A DNA stretch of 64,000 bases from Eledone cirrhosa (lineage: Eukaryota): contig OZ024748.1 in assembly GCA_964016885.1 (NCBI GenBank), positions 25,978,001-26,042,000 of the forward strand, in the 5' to 3' direction. The first letter of the stretch is position 1. Each line of letters opens with the position of its first letter. Shown here in pieces: positions 59,812-64,000 of the stretch. The position numbers were made by a program, and so were the translations under genes. The notes under the pieces were generated by a model. That model saw only the letters and a list, made by a program, of their open reading frames with translations, ran no database searches and was not told where the DNA came from.

Positions 59812-62800
59812 GTGTGTGTGTTGGGGTAATCGAATATGTGCCGTAGTTGAGGGATGTAAAAGAAAAAAAAGTAACTTTGCTTTCTTGAATTACTGAAACA
59901 TAAGTTTCGTTTTAGCCTGGATGTTTCCTAATTCAATGATGGATATATTTTTCTCGTTATACACCTACTTTTAAAATGAAATCATTTTTACATATGCTCA
60001 TGGTGTGTTAAATATATATTGTTAGCAAGGATGGAGTTTTCGTTCCAAATGTTTACAGACATCGGAAGGCGGATATTGTTTTAATCTATGCAAATTACAG
60101 TTGCTCACCTATTTATAAGGATTTGGCACTTGTATTAAAAGTTTTATCCATACAAACAAAATATTTATATGTAAAATATAATTGTTTCTACTTTTGGCAC
60201 AAGGCCAGCAATTATCCCAGTGTATTACTGGTACTTTATTTTATCGACCCTGTAAGGATGAAAGGCAAAGATAACCTCGGCGGGATTTGAACTCAGACCA
60301 TAAAGGGCCGTAGCTCTTTGCAGCATATCGTCCGACCCTCTACCCATACTGCCAATCCACCATGTAAAAGCTCAGGTATTACGGAAAAAAAATTGAAATA
60401 TTTAGTGAATTTGGAAGTATCTGAAACAAAAGGTATTATTATTGAAAATGTTGGATTGACAGTATCGATAGAGCGTCGGACGATATGCTTTGCAGCATAG
60501 AGTTATCGCCTTTTACACTCTGAGTTCAAATCCCATCGAGGTTATAGCTTTGCCTTTTATCCTTACGGGGTCGATGTCGATTTAATCGACTTTCCCGTCC
60601 CACAAAATTGTTGGCCTTGTGCCTAAATCAGAAACTTGGAATCCCAAACGCATAAAATAAGTGTAACCACAGTCGATAAATAATAGCTTAGAAAATCGGG
60701 TAAAATACCCGTAACCCTTTTTTTGTTTCTAGTGGTATTTCCTCCCCGATCTTCTAAGCTATTATTTATAGCAATTGACTGTTGTTGCAGTTAATTTCTG
60801 CGTTTGGGATTCCTACATTTAAAACAATTTAAATTGGCCAACGCCTCGATAATTTATAAAACACTTATTATTATTATTAGACCCTCCATAGGTCGATACA
60901 ATAAAGTACCAGTAACTTACTGGGATAGATTTAATCGACTTCCCCCTTCCCATGAAATTTCTGGCCTTGTGCCAAAAAGTAGAAACAATTATTATTATTA
61001 TTGCTAGTAGTATTTATTTTTTTACATTCCGCATCTACGCACGTATTCGGCAAGATTACTCTCTGATGAAAGTGTTCCAGTTATGCCCATCTCTCAATTT
61101 TCCAACATGAAGCCAGGATTCCAAACCTAAGTTATAGCAGGTGAGGTGTGATTTTGAGGGGAATTTACCAGTTATTTCTGTTATTTAAACGTCCCACATT
61201 TATCCCATTTCAAAGGAGAAACCAAATCACTTTTTCACTAAATTATCTGAGATGTGAGGATTTGATAGAAATGACAACTGTCGATTGGATGTTTTAGAAC
61301 AGGTGTGGACATCTTTTTTTGAGCAGTGGACCGTATAGGATGTGACTCATAAGGCGGGCCGCACTATTTAAAAATTTAAGTCAATTTTGAAATTAAGTGT
61401 GCCATTTTGCCCATGACTGTTTTATAATATCTGCTTTCGTCCCATTACGTCTCGAGTTTAAATCTCTACGAGGTTCATAAAATAAATGTACGATTGTTAT
61501 TTACTGTTGTTAAGTTTCCAGTAAGAAAGCCTAATACCATGCTTTCACTAAGGGTTTTAGGTGATTATACAGTCGCGAGCAGACACAGACACCCCTCTCC
61601 TCCTTTGATCCGGCAGATAACAGCTGAAAGGAAAAAAAAAGGCTGTACATGCACTGAACTGGTACTTTATTTTATTGACGCCAAAGTGGACTTCGGCGGA
61701 ATTTGAACTCAAAACATAGACTCAGAAAAAATATCCAAGACTTTAACGACTCTTCTAAAATCTCCCATCTTAACGATGTATTATACAAAACCACAATTTT
61801 GTCTTTGACAGACGTATGTGGTTTTTCAAGTAATATTTAGCCGTATTGGTGGGATGGAGTTTAAAGCCAACCACAACAGTCTGTTGCGGCTTATGATAGA
61901 AGAGGTGGAGTGTTGTGAAAAGCCGATAATAACTGAGATACAATTGGTGGTGAGTGATTGTGGGAGGGACAAGTCTCCTAGTTGGGAGTACATGCCAAAC
62001 TAGTTCACCCCTCTCTTGGCATATGTCTGTTGGAGCTGGCGGTAAAATTGGAATGGTTCCAGTGGTGTTACTAGTTTGCAAGGACGCAAACAATGGGAAC
62101 ACCATCGACATTTGGGAGGGGGGGGGGTGTAATAACTCAGTTAAACGCAAAGATTAACATTTTGGGCAGGTTTCTCAAATATGTCGCTAACAGCGTTATC
62201 CGGAGCTTGCAGAGCCGCGCAGTTCCCGACAGATCTAGCTATGACAACCGTCACCTCATGCAATGAGATGATGGGTAGGTTATAAACCTGACTTCAACGG
62301 AGCTCTGATCCACTGGGATGGATGCAGCATGGTTCAATGTTTAAGAGGCTCTCTTCACAATCGCTAGGTTTCAGGTTCGATCCTACTGCGTAGCATCTTT
62401 GGCAAGTGTCATTTACCACATACTCAAGTCAACCTGTGCCTTTCTGAGAATTACATTATGTGGAATGCTTAGCCACTTACATGCTAATTTCATGAGCAGG
62501 CTGTTCCGTTGATCGAAGAGCTGGTACGCTTATTGTCTATCGCCTTTCCTTACCAACTGCTAGGCGGTTGCTCGACTTGCTATAAATAGATGTCAATTTT
62601 CCTTTAAACTCTACTCCACAAATCTTAGAAACAGGACCCATTAGATAATTTAATCTTAAATGAACGATTGAATGTCTTCGATTATATGATCTGATCAATC
62701 GGAGGGGAAAAGGTTAATAAAATTCTAAAATACGAGGAATTGTAGGCAAGCTATTTTTTCAATCCTAAGTGTTCAAGAGCTGAGTCGCTGACAACGAAGT

Positions 62801-63242
62801 TGTGTTGTTTTTGACAGCTCACCTTACCGCCATATCAGGTAATTCTCTTGGCGAGTGTGCTTGGCTATGCAACACCTTAGCCTCGCTATCACTCGCAACA
62901 ATGTTGACTTATTTGAAGTAAACCCCAGCACACCCTTATTATAGTGTATGTGTCTGTGTCTTCTCCCACTTTTCCTCATTTTTTTTTTTCAAATATAAAT
63001 TGCGTTTATTTGTAATCATATTTATACGAAATAAAAGTTTATATTATGCGTTCGTTAATAAATAACCGACACCATGTAGTCGCTTTACTTACCAAATATA
63101 GCAGTCAAATGTCCCCTCAAACCAAACTTTACTATATATATATATGTGCGCGCGCGTTATGGACCACCTGGTATCTTACCACACCTTTGTTCTTTGTTAT
63201 ATATCTATATCTATCTATATATAGCTTTATCTAGCTATCTAA

Positions 63243-63764
<522 letters not shown>

Positions 63765-63894
63765 AAGTTATATTTAAAATTGTTGGGTTACAACTAGTAA
63801 ATATTTATAACTGATATAAAAGCACTCGACAAATACTTGGAGTATATTTACAATATTAAATAAATGGAAAACTATATTTATAAAACCATATCTA

Positions 63895-63958
63895 TTTCAT
63901 TATATATATTTCGGGGATATCATATTAACAATATGCTATGCCTTCATCAGACAAAATA
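63895..63958 (-). ncRNA. Minimal hammerhead ribozyme, family A relative
   Basis: The minus strand reads tattttgt-CTGATGA-aggcatagcatatt..aatatgatatcccc-GAAA-tatata-TA-atgaaata. Confidence 0.6.
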
Positions 63959-64000
63959 CAATATAAACAGTTTTATAGATAAATATATTCGACATACCGT

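Noticed and set aside
61770-62157. 126-aa ORF as a host exon or PLE fragment
   Set aside because: No recognisable motif or splice evidence could be supported by eye.

Overview
A gene-free, repeat-saturated eukaryotic window. It is probably from a mollusc, most likely an octopus-type cephalopod; this is inferred from the SINE sequences and the very long (TA)n tracts and was not verified. Contents: (1) three tandem arrays, a 36-bp satellite at 1-11752 that runs into a Helitron-like 3' end, a 37-bp satellite at 42.6-48.9 kb, and a 45-bp minisatellite that appears to have grown out of a SINE-like repeat; (2) three copies of one Tx1/L1-like LINE, a decayed RTE-type LINE and a CRE-like endonuclease relic; (3) two distinct Penelope-like (GIY-YIG) retroelements, each carrying an inverted copy of its 3' end; (4) many tRNA-derived SINEs and hAT-like MITEs. 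The ORF track does not show the most striking signal: about 15 hammerhead-ribozyme motifs from at least six sequence families. Most are the minimal type with a palindromic stem III, nearly all lie next to (TA)n tracts, and they repeatedly occur as fold-back or inverted pairs. The long (IY)n ORFs are microsatellite artefacts. All calls were made by eye, without database searches.
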